Notes under the pieces: generated by a model
The model's input: the letters and a program-made list of their open reading frames with translations, nothing else
What the model was told of the DNA's origin: nothing
Databases searched by the model: none
Assembly (NCBI GenBank): GCA_044347345.1
Contig: JBIKUX010000017.1
Coordinates: forward strand, 1 to 60,139
Direction: 5' to 3'
DNA: 60,139 bases
From: Bdellovibrionota bacterium
Lineage (GTDB): Bacteria; Bdellovibrionota_C; UBA2361; JBIKUX01
Translations under genes and position numbers: made by a program
Shown: in pieces, positions 57,342 to 60,139 of the stretch
How the letters are laid out: each line of letters begins with the position of its first letter
How positions within the stretch are numbered: the first letter of the stretch is position 1

Positions 57342-58484
57342 TTAGTTTGGATTTCGAGTTTGAGAAGAGATAATGGTATAGACTTTAGTGACTAGTTTAA
57401 TTAAAGGGTTAGAAAAATTGAGTCCAAAAAGGGTTCTGACAGAGTGAGTTAAATTTGCTTGAAGTTCCTCATGTAATTTAGACTGAGCTTCTTTAATGCG
57501 ATTATTTGATTCTTGAATACTTTTTTCGATAGTTAAATTTTCTTCCTCAAAGTTTTGCAATAATTTATGAGTGGGCTGGTAAGTAAGATGGAGCTGCAAG
57601 ACTTTGGCTTCAAGATCTTTTTTTCTTAAGAGCACTGAATTGATTCCAAGCTGACTAGCTAACGAAGTTAATTGATCAAAGTTGCTTATTTGATCAGGGA
57701 TCTTAGGAATAACGGGGAGTCCGGCAAGTATGCCACTCTGATAATGGGTTCCCATGAAACTATCTTCTTTCTCATTTACTTGGGGTAGTTGGTTCGAGTT
57801 TTGCGGTGAGCTAGTATGCTCAGATAAATCCAGACCTAGGTAATCACTTAAAGCTCTACGTATAAGGAATTGTTGGTCAATAGCTGCACGACGAGATTCA
57901 TTTAGGAGCTTCTTTTTGTTTTCTAGTTTTAATTGAAGCTCTTCTTCAGATAAAATTTCTGACGTTTTAAGGTGCAAAAATTTTAATAAATCGATAGAAA
58001 TCCCCGTTTGTTCTTTAGGGGTAACAGCGCTTTGTTTTTCTATTTGCCAAGTAATTTCGTCATTTAGGCCACCCCATCTTTGTCGAACCGCAAACTCATA
58101 AAGCTTAAAAGTATTATCAACACCCTCCTTGGTGATGGAGGAAGACTTAGGTGCTGTCAAATCAGGAGATAAAATATAGTTAGCGCTAATTTTTGAGAGA
58201 GCACCATTTACTTGAGCAATAATTGAGCGGATAGTTTCAGTCTGTCCAAATAGTCTTATTAATCGAGCACAATCAGGTAAATTATGTTCCTCTAATCTAT
58301 CTTGAAGTTCCACTACTGCGCTGGCTTCAGTAACAGCTAATGAAATTACTAAGCTTGCTAAGCAGTAAACAACCAGCGTACTAATGCTAATAAAGCTAAT
58401 TCCCCAGCCTAAAAAGCGACACCCTGTACGTGGAGGGGGGGGGGTGGAGAGTTGAGACTTCATAACATCGCAATAATTTATCAA
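57342..58484 (-). CDS. Hypothetical membrane-anchored coiled-coil protein
   Basis: N-terminal TM segment and heptad-rich helical segments. Start may be ATG 58463. Confidence 0.6.
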   Translation of the reverse strand: MINYCDVMKSQLSTPPPPRTGCRFLGWGISFISISTLVVYCLASLVISLAVTEASAVVELQDRLEEHNLPDCARLIRLFGQTETIRSIIAQVNGALSKISANYILSPDLTAPKSSSITKEGVDNTFKLYEFAVRQRWGGLNDEITWQIEKQSAVTPKEQTGISIDLLKFLHLKTSEILSEEELQLKLENKKKLLNESRRAAIDQQFLIRRALSDYLGLDLSEHTSSPQNSNQLPQVNEKEDSFMGTHYQSGILAGLPVIPKIPDQISNFDQLTSLASQLGINSVLLRKKDLEAKVLQLHLTYQPTHKLLQNFEEENLTIEKSIQESNNRIKEAQSKLHEELQANLTHSVRTLFGLNFSNPLIKLVTKVYTIISSQTRNPN

Positions 58485-58671
58485 TGCACTTAACTTCGAT
58501 GATTAAGGCTGTCTAGAGGAATCTGTTTATTTAGTGAAATAACTGTTTAATCATAATAGATTAGAGATTTAGAAGAGTCTCAAATTATTTTTTTACATTG
58601 TGCGTGTAAATAATTGCGCCTTTCTTTGTCTGTTTGCATCTAAAACCCTAGATTATTTAAGTCCTGCATAA

Positions 58672-59571
58672 ATGACTGAGGCCTTTGTCAACTCTCCTCC
58701 TCCTCCTGCTCCCCGGTCTTCTGGTTGGCGGCAACTTGATGCTGAAGAGTGCGCTGTGTCTGCCTCCTCAGTTAAGTCAAGTTACGAAAAAACGCCTGAT
58801 TCAAGGATAGCGAAGCCCCACGTCGTCCATACTAACCAAGGGCTTGTGCGTCTCGATACTTTTTCATTATCTCATACTAGGAGCCCCGATTTTGCGTTCT
58901 CTAGTGTAGCATTTACGGCGCTATCTCCGTGCCGAGCGTTAAGTATTTTTGCCAGTGAAGCTAAAGGTACCTCGGTAAGCGCCAAAATTGCGTGTAAGTT
59001 TGCTACTTCTCATTGTAGTGAGGCTATCAGGTGCATCAGTAATTCTGTGATTAAACCGTTACCGCGGGAGCAATGGAGTACTGTTCTTCTTGAAAGTGCC
59101 TTGAGTTCTGGAAATGATGCTCTTTACAGTTTGGGAACTCGTCTCGCCGCCACTGGCAGGGTTAGAACAAATTTTACGGGCTTTGTAGTGGCAGGGCCCT
59201 CGGTGGCTGTCGCTCGCCTTGGAGGAGGCTGTCTTTATCTTTCTCGTCGTGGCAAACTGTTTCCTTTTTTTTTCGGTGAGGATAATGGCCCAAAATTGGG
59301 GGAATCTGGGGATATTGAACTGCATGTAGTATCCTCTCGACTTGAAAAAGGCGATACGATATTCATTTTTTCCCGTTCTCTTGCTAAACATGAGGAACAC
59401 AGCCTTTTAGATATCCTCGAAGAAAAAGAGGCAAATTCAAATAACCATAAAAATTTGACCAATGTGAGTGTTTATTCCTCTTGTGTTTTCACAAGCTTTG
59501 CGGGCTGGTGCGAGACTATGATTTGTAAAAACCAACCTGTTGGATTTGCGGCACGCTTAACTTTAGGTTAG
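58672..59571 (+). CDS. Degenerate PP2C/PPM-fold protein
   Basis: IFASEAKG, ESALSSGNDAL, VARLGGGCLYLSRRGKL and LEKGDTIFIFSRSL map onto PP2C motifs without the catalytic Asp residues. Confidence 0.6.
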   Translation: MTEAFVNSPPPPAPRSSGWRQLDAEECAVSASSVKSSYEKTPDSRIAKPHVVHTNQGLVRLDTFSLSHTRSPDFAFSSVAFTALSPCRALSIFASEAKGTSVSAKIACKFATSHCSEAIRCISNSVIKPLPREQWSTVLLESALSSGNDALYSLGTRLAATGRVRTNFTGFVVAGPSVAVARLGGGCLYLSRRGKLFPFFFGEDNGPKLGESGDIELHVVSSRLEKGDTIFIFSRSLAKHEEHSLLDILEEKEANSNNHKNLTNVSVYSSCVFTSFAGWCETMICKNQPVGFAARLTLG

Positions 59572-59628
59572 GTGTAATTGGTAAGACCTACAAATGAGGT
59601 ATTACAAAATTTTAAATAGTGGAATTAC

Positions 59629-60139
59629 TTGTCTTATAAAGATTTGCAGATCTCGTTAGTAGCGGCTGTAGCTACAAACGGTGTTATAGGTAACCGAGGG
59701 CAACTCGCCTGGCATATTCCAGAAGATTTAAAGCATTTTCAAAGTCTCACTAACGGCGGTATTGTTGTTATGGGTAGGGTTACTTACCTTTCTATTCCAG
59801 ACAATCATAGACCCTTTGCTAACCGAACCTCGGTAGTTATCTCGGCAAAGTCTGCAAGAAAAAATATCTCTACAAATAATTTACAGTGGTGTTCTAATCC
59901 CATTGAAGCTCTGAATTGGTGTTGTGATAACGCTAAGGTGGATCAGGCAATCTGGGTTATAGGAGGACGAGGAGTATTTGAATCAATGATGCAGTTTATC
60001 AAACGCGCTGTGATAACTCGGATACCTTTTGCAGCTAAAGGTGATGTAATTTTTTCACCGCTGCCGGCAGAGTTTCAGATTGTTAAAAAAACAAAAATAG
60101 ATTTAGCTAACTCTATTTTATCGAGTGGTGATTCTAAGG
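59629..60139 (+). CDS. folA: Dihydrofolate reductase (3' partial)
   Basis: Manual translation: ISLVAAVATNGVIGNRGQLAWHIPEDLKHFQSLT, VVMGRVTYLSIP, RPFANR, IWVIGG, GDVIF. Open to the window end. TTG start. Not in the ORF track. Confidence 0.93.
   Translation, partial: MSYKDLQISLVAAVATNGVIGNRGQLAWHIPEDLKHFQSLTNGGIVVMGRVTYLSIPDNHRPFANRTSVVISAKSARKNISTNNLQWCSNPIEALNWCCDNAKVDQAIWVIGGRGVFESMMQFIKRAVITRIPFAAKGDVIFSPLPAEFQIVKKTKIDLANSILSSGDSK

Noticed and set aside
807-59462. Numerous 60-122 aa antisense or alternate-frame ORFs nested in long genes (e.g. 807-1013, 9180-9506, 19104-19373, 34431-34799, 53608-53841, 59059-59400)
   Set aside because: They lie wholly or largely within well-supported genes and show no family motifs.

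Overview
Chromosomal window from an AT-rich Gram-negative bacterium. The gene content looks deltaproteobacterial/Bdellovibrionota-like, but taxonomy cannot be fixed from sequence alone. It opens on the left end of an IS3-family (IS407-like) element beside two divergent GT-C-type membrane glycosyltransferase genes. Housekeeping genes follow (rmlD-like, pepP, purN, cutA, mrp, secG, tRNA-Leu(GAG)), then a GT61 gene, a two-domain ThyX, an orphan AT-rich protein with divergent RelA/SpoT synthetase motifs and a 1852-aa multi-domain glycosyltransferase. The centre holds a dcw cluster (mraZ to murG, with MraZ boxes) that stops at murG, and an aspS-DUF2520-hemC-hemD-serS-hemE-ccsA-hemA run. Further right are a pilU-ppx-(Tmk-like)x2 cluster, an SPFH gene with a frameshifted zinc-ribbon gene, tyrS, rpmG, a degenerate P1B-ATPase, yacG and thrS. 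The window ends with two paralogous small unknown proteins near repeat-rich intergenic DNA, a degenerate PP2C-fold protein and a partial folA. Best novelty candidates: (1) ppx plus an active/inactive Tmk-like pair, a likely heteromeric polyphosphate kinase module; (2) the orphan divergent alarmone-synthetase-like protein; (3) full-length pseudo-enzymes; (4) the paralog pair, stand-alone DnaA-N-like protein and repeat region. All family calls come from motif recognition by eye, not database searches.
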